DNA of 64,000 nucleotides from Octopus sinensis (Eukaryota): the NCBI RefSeq assembly GCF_006345805.1, contig NC_043003.1, positions 108,810,001-108,874,000 on the forward strand, written 5' to 3'. The notes below the pieces were generated by a model, which saw only the letters and a list, made by a program, of their open reading frames with translations, did not search any database and was not told the DNA's origin. The translations under genes were made by a program, and so were the position numbers. Of the stretch, positions 38,427 through 51,068 are shown one piece after another. Every line of letters starts with the position of its first letter. Position 1 is the stretch's first letter.

Positions 38427-40060
38427 CTGAAATAATTACTTTGCTTTTAAGGGAGAAAAAAGAAGAAGATAACACTGCAGTCGGCTGAGTCAATGGAATG
38501 TTAACCCCTCATCAGCTGAAGTGACAGCAGCTGGTATCCCACCAGGACTGTTAACCTGTGTCCCCATAGACAACAAACAACTAGTGCTCACCAGCCCATG
38601 CAAATGTCATTTAAAATAGGTCCCACAAGGAACAGTTTGTAAATTGACCAAAGATACAAACAAAAAAGGAAAATGTTTGTGTTAAAAGCTGACTGTCTCC
38701 AGAACAAGAATGGACAATTATATATGTGAGGTGAGAGTGGAGATGTTTATTCCATTTGCTTACAGTTGTTTCATAATCTTGTTCGTTAAATAATAGATAT
38801 TACATCAACATTAACATGCATACAAAATATACATATGAATCTATATATATATATATATAGGTGCTGTGTGGTAAGTAGCTTGCTTACCAACCACATGGTT
38901 CCAGGTTCAGTCCCACTGCATGGCACCTTGGGCAAGTGTCTTCTACTATAGCCTCGGGCTGACCAAAGCCTTGTGAGTGGATTTGGTAGACGGAAACTGA
39001 AAGAAGCCCGTCGTGTATATGTGTATATATGTATGTGTGTGTGTCTGTGTTTGTCTCCAACATCGCTTGACAACTGATGCTGGTGTTTATGTCTCCGTAA
39101 CTTAGCAGTTTGGCAAAAGAGACTGATAGAATAAGTACTAGGCTTACAAAGAATAAGTCCTGGGGTCAATTTGCTTGACTAAAGGCGGCGCTCCAGCATG
39201 GCCGCAGTCAAAATGACTGAAACGAATTAAAGAATAAAAAGAGAGTCTATATTCATATATGCATGTGTACATCCATCTATAAAAGGGTGTTGAGAAGGGA
39301 GCTGACAGACGAACCCTCAGAATGATATTCTTCAAATCCCTACTATTACGATACGTGTGTGTGTGTGTCTGTATAGGAGGCCCAGTGGTTAGGGCAGCGG
39401 ACTTGTGGTTATAGGATCGCAGTTTCGATACCCAGACCGGGTGTTGTGAGTGTTTATTGAGCAAAAACACAAAAGCTCCACAAGGCACTGGCAGGGGGTA
39501 GTGGCGGACCCTGCTGTACTCTTTCATCATAACTTTCTCACACTCTTTCTTCCTGTTTCTGTTATACCTGTATTTCAAAGGGCCAGCCTTGTCACACTGC
39601 GTCACGCTGAATCTCCTTCAAAACTATGTTAAGGGTAGACAAGTGTCTGGAGTGCTCAGCCACTTGCACATTATTTTCATGAGCAGGCTGTTCTGTTGAT
39701 TGGATCAATTGGAACCCTCGTCGTCATAACCGATGGAGTGCCACAGCAGAAGTGTAAAGGCTGGTCTCCCACAAGTGGAGAGGGTTGGCCTGCAAGAGTC
39801 CTGTGCAGGTGCCATGTAAAGGCACCTATGTGGTGCCATGTAAAAGCATCCAGCACACTCTCTAGAATGGTTGGCATTAGGAAGGGCATCGAACCTTAGA
39901 AACCAAGCCAGATCAGATTGGGGCCCTGCAGCTCTCCAATTTGCCAGCTCTGGTCAAAGTGTCCAACCATGCCAGCATGGACAATAGACATATGATGATT
40001 GATATATACATATATTATACACATACACACATCTATATAATTTATTATTCATTCAAGGAG

Positions 40061-40620
40061 TGTACAGGAGGCGGTGAAAAAAGCCAGCTTCTATATATGG
40101 CTGAAGCGGGAAGACCAAAAATGGCCTGAAAGTCATAACATGCCGTCGGGAAATAACATCATTAGGTGAGACAAGCTGAGACTGAATCAGCTTTGCTGAT
40201 TGACAGGTGACGGTCGTTTAGAGAATGCACAGGCTAAAACTACGCGCCTTCACTAGTCAGTTATGGAGAGACAGTGTCACGTGACAACTTGCTGGGGCTG
40301 CCTGCTGGAGCCTAGCAGCAAGTATTTAAAGGGAAAAATTTGACAAGTCAGTCAGTCACCGGCTGACACTTGCTGCCGGTATATCGAAGAGGCCAGGGAA
40401 CAGGAGAAAGAAGAAGAAAGAAGACATGCACCCAACACCAGAGCTGAAGACACCGCTGAAAGGGGGGAGGGGGGCCCGCCACGTCAAAACAGTAGAGGAG
40501 TAGGGGCCGAAACCAGACGTGGTTCCTCCTGATGATGTCTTGAGCTAACTGGATCCTATAAAGGAGCTGTTGTGGTAGCAGACCACGGAACACGGTTGTA
40601 ATTCCTCCTATGTTCAGGCA
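40061..40620 (+). mobile_element. GC/CpG-rich island, possibly a solo LTR or other TE remnant
   Basis: Starts TGTACAGG, has a TATA-like CCTATAAAGG near 40555 and a palindrome TGTCACGTGACA. No second copy, TSD or recognisable protein was found. Confidence 0.3.
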
Positions 40621-42919
40621 GATTCAAACATAAATACATGTTTTGTTTTGTTTTGTTTTTCATTCAAAATATGTCCGTTTAAATTCCAAACTCCAGCTTA
40701 ATAATGACAAAGCTATTTTACTAAATTCTTCACTATTTTCAAAAGTAACTGACAAAAAGCAGTACAAATTTCTGAGATATTGTAACCAAAGGGGTTAAAT
40801 TGACCCCAGTATTTCTTGGTGCTTATTTTATTATTTCTAGAAGAGTGAAAAGAAAAGTTGATCATGGCAGGATTTGAACCCAGAACATAAGGAACATGAA
40901 AAATATTGCAAGGTATATTGTATTGTCTGATGTTCTAATGATTCTGCCACTCCAATGCTCATAAAATATAAATATGATTTGTAGCATAGGCTACAAATCA
41001 TATTTATATTTTATAAGCATTTTGTAATCAGACATTATATTTTATAAGCATTTTGTGATCAGACATTTGGTGGTGGTTGTACAGTTAATTATCTCAGACC
41101 CAATTCTTGACTAGTGCTCATGTTTATTGACCCCTGGAATGATCTAAGTCAAGGTCTACCTCAGCAAGAATTTGAACTCAGAATATATAGAGTCATAGTA
41201 GCACAAGGTATTTCTATTCATCTCTCAAACAATTTTGCCAGTTTCTGCTAGCTAGCCAGAATTACCATAACACAAGCAAGACTGATATGAAATTCAAGAC
41301 AAATTCTCAAAAGTGGGGTGCAAATTTCTGGACAAAAGAAAACTACAAGGAACAGCTCTTGTATGTCTTTTTTAAATCAACAAATAAAGATAAAAATGTC
41401 TTTAAAAATTTTTCAAAGATGTCCCACTATTTTAATAGATTACTGTAGTTCTTCCAATTCACCTGAGGCTGACTATTCTGGTTCCTGTTTTGAAAGTGAA
41501 CTAAATTAAAAGCTTCCATTAAAATTTCATGTTAATTTATTTCCAAACACCAGCTGAATTAATGACAATTATTTTACTAAATTCACTATTTTCAAGATAA
41601 ATTCAACAGAAATATGGTAATAAAAAGGTTAATTCCATGACTCTAAAATGCTAGGATGGCAGTTCATTATACGCATACCCTGACTGTGGTAAACAATGGG
41701 CCTGACATGAGTAAGCACAAACCCAAAAGAGACAGAGTGGAAGTTGTTTATTAGAAACACAAATAATGTTATCAATTGGTTATTGTTATCAAAATTAGTT
41801 GCTACCAAATTTTATTTGCTTAATGTTGTCAATCAGTTATTGTCATTACTTGGTAATTCTTTTCAGAATGGCTTTAGCTTACAACGACCACAATGAGTGG
41901 CTTTCTACTGTGTATGAAATTTATATTTCAATACAAAATTAATATTCAATGCAAAACAAATTTCATTTTCACCTTTTATTATTATTATCATTGTTATTAT
42001 TAAGGTAGTAAGCTGGCAGAATTGTTAGCATGCTGGACAAAATGCTTAGCATTTCATCAGATTTTATGTTTGAAGTTCAAACTCTGCAGGGGTCAACTTT
42101 GCCTTAAATCCTTTTGTGGTCAATGAAATAAGAATCAGTTGAGTACTGGGGATTAATGTAATCAACAAGCCCCTTCTACAAAAATGCCTATAGTAGAAAG
42201 GGTCATTATTATTATTACGGTAGTGAGTAGGCAGAATCATGACAACACTAGACAAAATGCTTAGCAGCATTTCTTCCAATTTTACCTTCTCAGCTCAAAT
42301 TCTGCATTGGTCAAATTTGTCTTTCATCCATTTGGGATCAATGCAATAATCAACTAGCCCCCCTCCCCTTCAAAATTTTAGTCTCCTGCCTAGTGTAGAA
42401 AGAATTATCATTATTGTTGATTTCAATTTGATTTCAATTTCAGTTTGATGAATGTGTGCTGTTTAATCCCTGAGTGTTCTGATTATTCTATCAAACATAA
42501 TGCTAATTGATTCACATTCATTTGAATTAATCATGCATTATCTCATATCTTCAAGATCTTGATGGTGTAATTACTTAATGTAGAATAACATTGTAGGTTA
42601 GGTGTGAGAGCCTGGATCTGGTCAGTTTGAACAGAAAACAGATTAAATATTTTGGCCAGATAAAGGGTTAAATTTTACAAAAATATATCATTTAACTGTA
42701 TTTGTCTCAAAGTACAACAGCTTGTAAATATCATCATAATTAAACATCCAATTTTCCATGCTTGAATGGGTCAAACAGAACCTGGTGAAGCAGATTTTCT
42801 ACAGACAGATGCCCTCTTCCTGTCATCAACCCTCACCTGACCAAACATGTTTTCCACAGAAGACCAGAAACAAACATCACAGTGATGCTTGTTTACAACC
42901 GTCACATGATGTCAAAAGG

Positions 42920-42971
<52 letters not shown>

Positions 42972-43588
42972 AAAGCTCTTCTTTCAGTTTCTATATACCA
43001 CATCCACTCACAAAGCTTGGTCAGGCTGGGATTAGAGTAGAAGACACACAAGGTGCTGCATGTTGGAAGTGAACCAAAGACCATGTAGTTTGGAAGCAAG
43101 CTTATTACCAACATAGCTACACCTTCACCTGTAACAAATTGGGCTAAAAAAAACCCAGGATAGTCTGCACATCTGATATAAGAACAAAAGATTATTGGTT
43201 TGTATCTTCCAAGTAGCCATCAAGACATTTTTCCCATCCAAGGAGTTGTCTACTTAATATATCACAATTATTTATAACAGAATTTGCTTTGAGGTACAGA
43301 GCTAAATAACTTATTCATAAATTTCTCAATGCTTCTTTCTCCATTACTATTTCTAAACATCAGATTTACTGTATTTTTTTTCTTTAAAAAAGTTTAAAAC
43401 CAGAATGAAAATAAAAATATAAAACAAAAAATTTTTTAAATCAACCCTATCAGAATATTTTTTTTTTTTTAAAAAGAAGAGGATTATCCCATAGTTCACA
43501 AGCAAGTGGGAATAATAAATATGGTAATGAGATTGAACTTTCAAAGGTAGATCAAACATGTTAGATCAACCACCATGTGGTGGCATAC

Positions 43589-43653
43589 TTTTAAAATAGT
43601 CCAGAGAGATTAAATGAAGCTTCAGTGTAGCAGAAATTAGATAAGAAAGAAGT
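43589..43653 (-). CDS. Candidate exon (R)LLSYLISATLKLHLISLDYFK(x); an in-frame alternative acceptor exists at 43671
   Basis: Acceptors tttgtcttcAG and gtcttctgtgttAG, 18 nt apart and in the same frame. Donor AAA|GTATGC, phase 2 to 1. Confidence 0.4.
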
Positions 43654-43983
43654 CTGAAGACAAATGAAACCCTAACACAGAAGACAATACAAACAGACGC
43701 CAGTTACAAAATTATTTGATGCTTAAGTTTAATATTCTTTTTTCTTTCTTATTAGTATATTATTGATCAAAGTAGATTGGGATAAATAAGAAAAACAAAG
43801 CATTAACATGTTTGGAAAGAAATCTAAGAAAACTAAATCAAAAATAGAAGAAAGTAAAAAAAAAAAAAAACTCCAATTTGTTGAACAGAACTGACATTCA
43901 AGTGGAGAAGTGCCAAGATAATGTCAAAATTAATACATGGATGATAGTTTAAAAATCTACGATAAAACAGAGGAATAAGTCAC

Positions 43984-44006
43984 CGAAGAGTGGCTGGTTT
44001 ATTCCA
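43984..44006 (-). CDS. Candidate 23-nt exon WNKPATL(R)
   Basis: Acceptor cagtctttttccAG, donor TCG|GTGACT, phase 0 to 2 fits both neighbours. Confidence 0.4.
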
Positions 44007-44255
44007 CTGGAAAAAGACTGGTTGCATGCACACAGAGGCACAAGGCTTCGAGTTCTTAGAGCAGTTGGGTAAATAAAGTGTGATATTTATGTATATTCTT
44101 TTTGCTTTTTTTTAATACTTGTCTCAGTTATTGAACTGTGGCTATTTTCAGGGGCACTGTGATAGAGGGCTTTAGTTGAAAAAAATTGATTCCAGTATAT
44201 TCTTTAAGACTAATACTTATTCTGTCAGTCTTTTATGCCAAACCACTATGTTTTT

Positions 44256-44480
44256 TTCAATTCAATTCAATTTTTATTGGCCCAAAAAGCAAAAGCAAGG
44301 CCATGTAGGGGGACAGGGAGGGTGGTCATACAAAGAGTTCAGACCATTTCTGGTCAAGAGAGACTTTGAACCAAGCGGTCGTTGGCATCTTCACCATCTC
44401 GTCTGGCAGCTTATTCCACGGATCCGCAACCCAGACGGAGAAAGCCCCTCTCCTTCGATTGAGATGAAATCATCAAGGAG
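44256..44480 (-). mobile_element. CR1/L2-type LINE 3' end with (ATTGA)n tail, nested in a family-B SINE
   Basis: Translation ...SVWVADPWNKLPDEMVKMPTTAWFKVSLDQKW* followed by AATAAA and ATTGA repeats. SINE halves lie on both sides. Confidence 0.8.
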
Positions 44481-45554
44481 GTAAGTAAACCAACACTAGT
44501 TGTTAAATGGTAGCAAGTGGGTGACGGCTGGGGTATGACAAACACAAACATCTCACACACACACAAAATGGGCTTCCATACAGTTGATGTCTACCAAATT
44601 CACTCAAAAGGTCAACCAGAGGCTGTAACAGAAAACGCTTGACCAAGATGCCATGTAATAAGAGATTGAACTTGAAAGCACATGGTCACAGAGTGAGCTT
44701 TTTATCAGCTCAGTCATACCCCATACCTATTTGCTGCATATCATATTCAAGAAACAGTGAACTGCAATATTGATTTCTTCTAATGAGGCAGAAAGCCAGC
44801 TTTTGAGGGGGGTGGGAAAGATTCTCAGATGAATTAAAACAGAAAAAAATATAAAAAAGAAAGCACCCAGAATTTCAATAATTCCTATTTCATGAACCAT
44901 CTGCTATTACGTAACCCTCAATTTGGATAGGGAATATTAGATATTACATTTTGATTTCATACAAAAGAATTAGTTCTGAAGCTATATTTATTATACATCC
45001 CTATAAAATGAATGTGCGAGGTTAGATTACGTGGCATTAATGTCTTTCTCGAAGGCATTATTATTATTATTGAGAAACCTAAAGTATTAAAATCTACATC
45101 CATACAGAAAATAATGAGGTGATTTTTAACCCTTTAGTATTCAAACCAGCCAGCTCCTGCTTCTCACTCCTACCCTACAATGTCTTTCAAAAATAAGCAA
45201 TCATTATTTTCATTTAGTGTCTGCTTTCCACGATGGCATGAGTTAAGACGGTTTGACTGAAACTGGTAAACTGTAGGGCTACACCAGGTTCCAATCTGGT
45301 TTGGCAGAGTTTCTACAGCTGGATGCCCTTCCTAATGCCAACCACTCCAAGGGTGAAATGGGTGCCTTTTACGTGTCACAGACACAGGTGCTAGTTACAT
45401 GACACCGGCATTGGCCACGACTAATCATTGCCTCTGTGAGGCCCAATTTTTACAAGGGTGTATTTATGTGCCACTGGCATGGGTACCAGGTACGTGACAC
45501 CGGCATCAGCCATAACAACGATTTCACTTGGCTTGACGCATTCTCACCTGGAAT

Positions 45555-45700
45555 CAATTTTTGTAATTTTTTTCAAGACTTATACATGCCCTGATACCGT
45601 CGGTATCTACCTATCAAATTTGAGCGCAATCAGATGGAGGATGTCCGAGATCCGAGAAGACACACACACAGAGAGACAGAATGAATTTTATATAAGAGAT
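45555..45700 (+). mobile_element. Possible Helitron/Helentron-like 3' terminus
   Basis: aaatttgagcgcaatcagatgg...gacacacacagagagacaga...ttttatataagagat resembles such termini. Resemblance only. Confidence 0.3.
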
Positions 45701-46640
45701 TTGTCATTTTTGTTTTCTTTTGCCTAGTAACTTTTTAAATATGATATGCTTTAATGGTTGCAGATCTGGCTTCATTGGCACAGATGTGACTGTAGTTAAG
45801 AAACTTACATTCCAGCCATGTGGTCTTGGGTTCAGACCCACTGCAGAGCACTTTGGGCTTCTACTATAGCCTCAGGCCAACCAAAGCTTTGTGAGTGGAT
45901 TTGATAGACAGAAACTGGAAGTCTGTTGTGTGTGTGTGTAACTTTGCATTTGTGTTATGTCTGTGCCCGACTACTGCTTGGCAACCAGTGTTGGCATGGT
46001 TACATCCATACTGAGTTGTATCATTTCTACAGTATTTTTTGCACTTTATTATATCATTTCCAACTGTTGTATTTTCATTCCCCTCACTCTCAACTCGGTC
46101 ATTTATTTCCTATCTCCCATCTCATCTAACTCTTATTTCTTCTCTGAATGTGTGTGCATGGCATTCCTTTAATCCTTGCCTGCCACCAAGCCAACTATGT
46201 GCACTAATTTTGTACCTTATATTTTAACTTTCACTGCATCTGTTTTAATCTCCCCCACCATCACCACGTTCTCTATATGAAGTAAAGCGTGAGTGGACAA
46301 CTTGACAACCAACCAACCAACATTTATATCAGTTCATCATTTACCATCAGTTTTCCATGTTGCGAAGAGCTTGACATTTTGACTGCCCCAAACTGTTTGC
46401 TTTGGCATGATTTCTTTGGTTGGGTACCCTTCCTAATAACACCCACTTCACAGTATACTGGGTGCTTTTTTTATAGCACAAACACTGTAGAAGTCACCAA
46501 GTAACTTCTTTTCTCTCTCAATTAGTTTCTCTCTATTTCCCTATCAAAATACTCATAAAATCCCCCCCACCATCTACCTTTACATTAATTCTCTGTAATT
46601 AAATGCAATAAAGTGCTCCCTGGTGATCTGTTCTGCTTAC

Positions 46641-46684
46641 GTATCCAAATGTACTTGGAACATTTGGTGCAGAGAACCAAGCAA
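46641..46684 (-). CDS. Internal exon, probably (x)AWFSAPNVPSTFGY
   Basis: Acceptor agtttcaccattttAG, donor TAC|GTAAGC, 44 nt. All three frames are open; phase 1 to 0 was chosen to fit the downstream chain. Confidence 0.5.
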
Positions 46685-46797
46685 CTAAAATGGTGAAACT
46701 TACACAAGAATTAATAATACCAATTTGTGTCTCCTATGCATTAACATACAATCACAAAAGATGCACATACACACACACATATATATATATATATATG

Positions 46798-46833
<36 letters not shown>

Positions 46834-46859
46834 AGGAGAGAAAATAAAGAATGTGTAGT

Positions 46860-48745
46860 GGCTAGCGATCTATCATGGCAAAGGCCGGACAGAGGGGTCA
46901 CACAGGAGAGCTAGGGAGAAGGGGAGATAAAGTGGTGGTGATCCCAAAACGAAGGTGCGCATGCATGTGTATGTGAGTGTGTGTGTGTGCGGGTGGAAGG
47001 GGGTTGGTGACCTTGACGTGAGCATGTGCGTGTATGTAGGTGTGAAAATGTGGGTTTGGGAAGTGGTCAGTGCTGATGTGTGCATGGAGGTGTGTTGTGT
47101 GGTATGGTGGTGTAGGGTGTAGGGTGTGTGCTGTGGTGTGAGGGTGTTGGGAGGTGGGGTGTGGGTAGGCGGAGGGTGGGTATGTGGGTGTGGATGTAAG
47201 GGGTGGGGTGGCATGGGATGGAGAAGGATAGGAAAGGTGGGGTTGGAATGTGAAGAAGTGGGGCAGGCTTACGAAGGAGGGGTGATGATGAAGGGAGGAT
47301 GGAGAAAGTGGGTAGGAGTGAAGAGAAGAGAGGAGAGTAGGAGCAAAGAGAAGTAGGAGTCGGAGTAAGAGAGGAGAGGTGAGTAGGAGGATATAGGTGT
47401 GAGGGGGAGAGAGGCAAAGGGAGGAGGTTAGATGAAGAGGGGAGAAGAGTTGAGCCCATGTTGCACAAAGGAGCGAAGAGAGAAGATTAATCCCTGTTCA
47501 TGGTGCAAGAGGGAGTCCGGATGGCCCCTGTGCAAGGACAGTCCGAACACGGACAGGTGTTGCAAAGAGTGACCAGTAGAGCGGAAATGGCGCAAGACTG
47601 GGATGTCATTTCTGAGTCAGATGTCTTGGAGGTGTTCTGCGAACTGGTCAGCCAAGCGGCGTACCGTTTGCATGATGTATAGAGAATGGCAGAGAGAGCA
47701 GGAGATGATATTGGTAGAAGTGCAGGTAAAGGAGTCGGTGATGTGATAAGATCGATGATGGGTGCCGGTGAGGAAGGTGGTGTTGGAGAGGTATGGGCAA
47801 GTGTGGCAGCGTGGGCGGGAGCAGGGGAACGAGCTGGGTTGGGAGGGTGGGGTGTGGATGTAAGGGGTGGGGTGAGGTTAGGGAAGAAGCTGTGAACCAA
47901 GAGGTCTCGTAGGTTGTGGGCCCATTTGAAGGAGGGGAGGGGTCGGTTAGGAAAGATGTGTGAAGTGGAGGGGTCAGACTGGAGTTACCAGAAGGCTCGG
48001 AGAATGGTGTGTTGGAGAGGTAGGATGGTGGGGTGGTAGGTGAGGGGAAATAGGAGGCAGGAGACAGTGGTGTGGGTTCGGCAGAGAGAGTAGATGCGTG
48101 GTCCACGGAACGTGCTCTGGCAAGGGTGGTGTGGATAGTGGTGAGGGCTATCCACGTAGGATGAAGTGGCGAGCCATGAGTTGAGACTGAGTCTCAAAGT
48201 CATGGTCATCACTACAGAGCCTGCATAGACGGAGGAATTGGGAATAGGGGATGGAAAGCTTGGTGTGTTTAGGGTGGGAGGAAGATAAGTTGAGGTATGA
48301 GTGTGAGTGTGTGTTTATAGTGGATGGAGGTGGTGAGAGTGGAGTGATGAATGCTAACCAAAATGTCAAGAAAAGAGACAGAGGTGTCAGAGATAGTGCA
48401 GAAGTGGAGGGCAGGATGGAAAGATGTGACAAAAGAGAGGAAGGAGTCTAGATGTTTGCGGGAGAGTGAGGTCATACCGATACAGTTGTCAATATAACAG
48501 CTGTATAGTTCGGGAGTGGGTCCAGTGAAACTTGAGAATATTTGGGCCTCAACATAGCCAACGAACAGGTTCGCACAGTTGGGACCCATTCTCGTACCTA
48601 TGGCCACTCCCGAGACTTGCTGGTAGAAATCACCCGCGAATGAGAAGCAGTTGAGTAAGAGGACAAGTTCGGCCAGATGAACAAGTGTGGATGTGTCAGG
48701 TTGGGGGTTTCGGTCGAAGGTCAAGGAAATGTTCGAGTGCATGCA
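46860..48745 (-). mobile_element. Decayed Penelope-like retroelement (RT plus GIY-YIG endonuclease), 5'-truncated
   Basis: RT motifs LAELVLLLNCFSF.GDFYQQVSGVAIGTRMGPNCANLFVG...YIDN (48269-48742). Near 47.5-47.75 kb: ITDSFTCTSTNII.C.LCHSLYI.QTVRRLADQFAEHL..IR, a GIY-YIG pattern. Confidence 0.85.
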
Positions 48746-49081
48746 GTCTCTCGTGGTGAGGGATCACCGTCACACGCACACACATATCTGTATACTTACA
48801 TTTACATACATATAGATTACAGCAAACAGGCCACATTCTCAGCTGAAGAGGACTGGCCTGCAAGAGTTCTCTGCCAGGCCATGCAAAAAGCACTCATGCA
48901 GGTGCCATGTAAAAGAACATGCTATAAAGCGGTTGGAATTAGGAAGGGCATCCAGCTGTAGAAACCAAGGCAAATCAGACTGGAACCTGGTGCCGCTTCC
49001 CAGCTCTGGTCAAACTGTCCAGCCCGTGCCAGCATGGAAAACGGGCGTTAAAGAATGGTGATGATGGTTGCTCTACCTTCA

Positions 49082-49310
49082 AGGCGGCAAGCTGGCAGAA
49101 GTGTTAGCACGCCGGGCGAAATGCTTAGCGGTATTTCGTCTGCCACTACGTTCTGAGTTCAAATTCCGCCAAGGTCGCCTTTGCCTTTCATCCTTTCAGG
49201 GTTGATTAAATAAGTACCAGTTATGCACTGGGGTCGATGCAATCGACTTAAATCCGTTTGTCCTTGTTTGTCCCCTCTGTATTTAGCCCCTTGTGGGTAG
49301 TAAAGAAATA
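49082..49310 (+). mobile_element. Young full-length family-A SINE with a 16-bp target-site duplication
   Basis: GGTTGCTCTACCTTCA at 49066-49081 and 49311-49326. CpGs are intact, and A/B boxes are present. Confidence 0.92.
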
Positions 49311-50032
49311 GGTTGCTCTACCTTCACAGACGATTACCATCTTTCTGGGGCTCCTTGTTGTCAATGGCACTTCTGGCTTTCCATCTGACATCTCAGGTGG
49401 AAGGCCACTGCATATCTGTATGGTTCGAAGCATAAGTGACAGGTAAAAGTTGTGACTTCCACTGGGTTCATTAGGTTACTTTGTGGGATATGATCTTTGT
49501 ATACCACATATGTTGTACGTCTCTTCAGACCCAAAATTGATTTGCAACCCTTTTACACACTATGTATGTTGAATCAGGCAGTCTAAGAGGAAGGACACTG
49601 CATACTGTTGATCTTTCACAGAACTTAAAGATACAGACATATATACACACAGACTCATATTTAACACACACACACACATGCATACACACATGCACACACA
49701 CACACAATATTAGATTATATTACAGATAAAATAAAATATAGACTCAATGAAAAGGCTTGCAATAGAAATCAATACGTAAAATTCACATGCTTGCTTGAAT
49801 GAAACTATTTAAATAATAAATAATAATAATAATAATAGCATCAACAATCTAGATATTTCCTGGCTCTAATCCAAATGTTAAATATTGGAAATATAGCATG
49901 GATTAAAAAGAATCTTGCAATTAACCCACTTCTAGACTACTCTTCAGCACATCACAAACAGAATCATTTCACAAGGTTTATGATTACACACACACACACA
50001 TTATACATATATATATATATATAATTTATCAT

Positions 50033-50066
<34 letters not shown>

Positions 50067-50252
50067 ATGATGTGTATTTATGTATTTAAGAAGAAAGGAT
50101 GTTAAAACAGATTAATTGAAATTAAATCCATTGAAAGGACATGAGGAAAACAAATACTGTAATGATTTCCACATTGAACTTGTATGTGGGTGTGTGTATG
50201 AATGCATGTGTACATGCATGTATGTGTGAGTATATATGTGTGTGAATGTATG

Positions 50253-50293
<41 letters not shown>

Positions 50294-50296
<3 letters not shown>

Positions 50297-50402
50297 TATA
50301 CATACATCATCAAATGTGTGCATGTGTCAGTGTTTATGTGTGTGTGTGTGTGTGTGTGCATATACATACATCATCAAATGTGTGCATGTGTCAGTGTTTA
50401 TG
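50294..50402. repeat. Two-copy 64-bp-period duplication anchored on (GT)n
   Basis: gcatatacatacatcatcaaatgtgtgcatgtgtcagtgtttatg at 50294 and 50358. Confidence 0.9.
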
Positions 50403-50810
50403 TGTGTGTGTGTGTACACGTACACATCTTTAGGCAATATTTTCCAGTCAAGCTAGCAGCACAGTAAAACATAGAGTTGGCAGTTTCCTTGACGATGTAT
50501 CAATTGCTTACTTTAGCAAAGGAGATGTTAGAAGAGAACAAGGATAAAAGATATTTGAATCAGCCGAGCTGAGAGCGGAGGACAAAGGCACAGCTTATGT
50601 TCTTTTGCAACAGGGAAGGAATGTTTATGGAAGCAACATCATAGACTGAAAGGAACTCTGCTCTTACAGAAGAAAGCGAACTAATGTCCAGACGTGAGCT
50701 CAACTGGTTAGAAACAGCAGAAAGATTTCCCTCAAAAGTACATTTTACAGTTTTATGGGACAAAGATCATTGTTTTAATGTGCATTTTTCCATGCTAGAG
50801 CGTGGGCTGT

Positions 50811-51068
50811 GGGGTCACTCCAAAAAGCTCTATCTACGACAATTTCATCTCAATCAAAGGAGAGGGGCTTTCTCCGTCTGGGTTGCGGATCCATGGAATA
50901 AGCTGCCGGACGAGATAGTGAAGATGCCGACGACCGCTCGGTTCAAAGTCTCTCTTGACCAGAAATGGCCTGAACTCTTTGTATGACCATCCTCCCTGTA
51001 CACAACTCCCTGTCCCCCTACATGGCCTTGCTTTTGCTTTTTGAGCCAATAAAAATTGATTGATTGAT
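50811..51068 (+). mobile_element. CR1/L2-type LINE 3' end, same family as 44256-44480 in the opposite orientation
   Basis: RRGAFSVWVADPWNKLPDEIVKMPTTARFKVSLDQKWPELFV* followed by AATAAAAATTGATTGATTGA. Confidence 0.8.

Noticed and set aside
38480-38560. VNSPGG resembling the ClpP INSPGG motif on the minus strand
   Set aside because: The surrounding residues do not match ClpP, and the frame stops within 22 codons.
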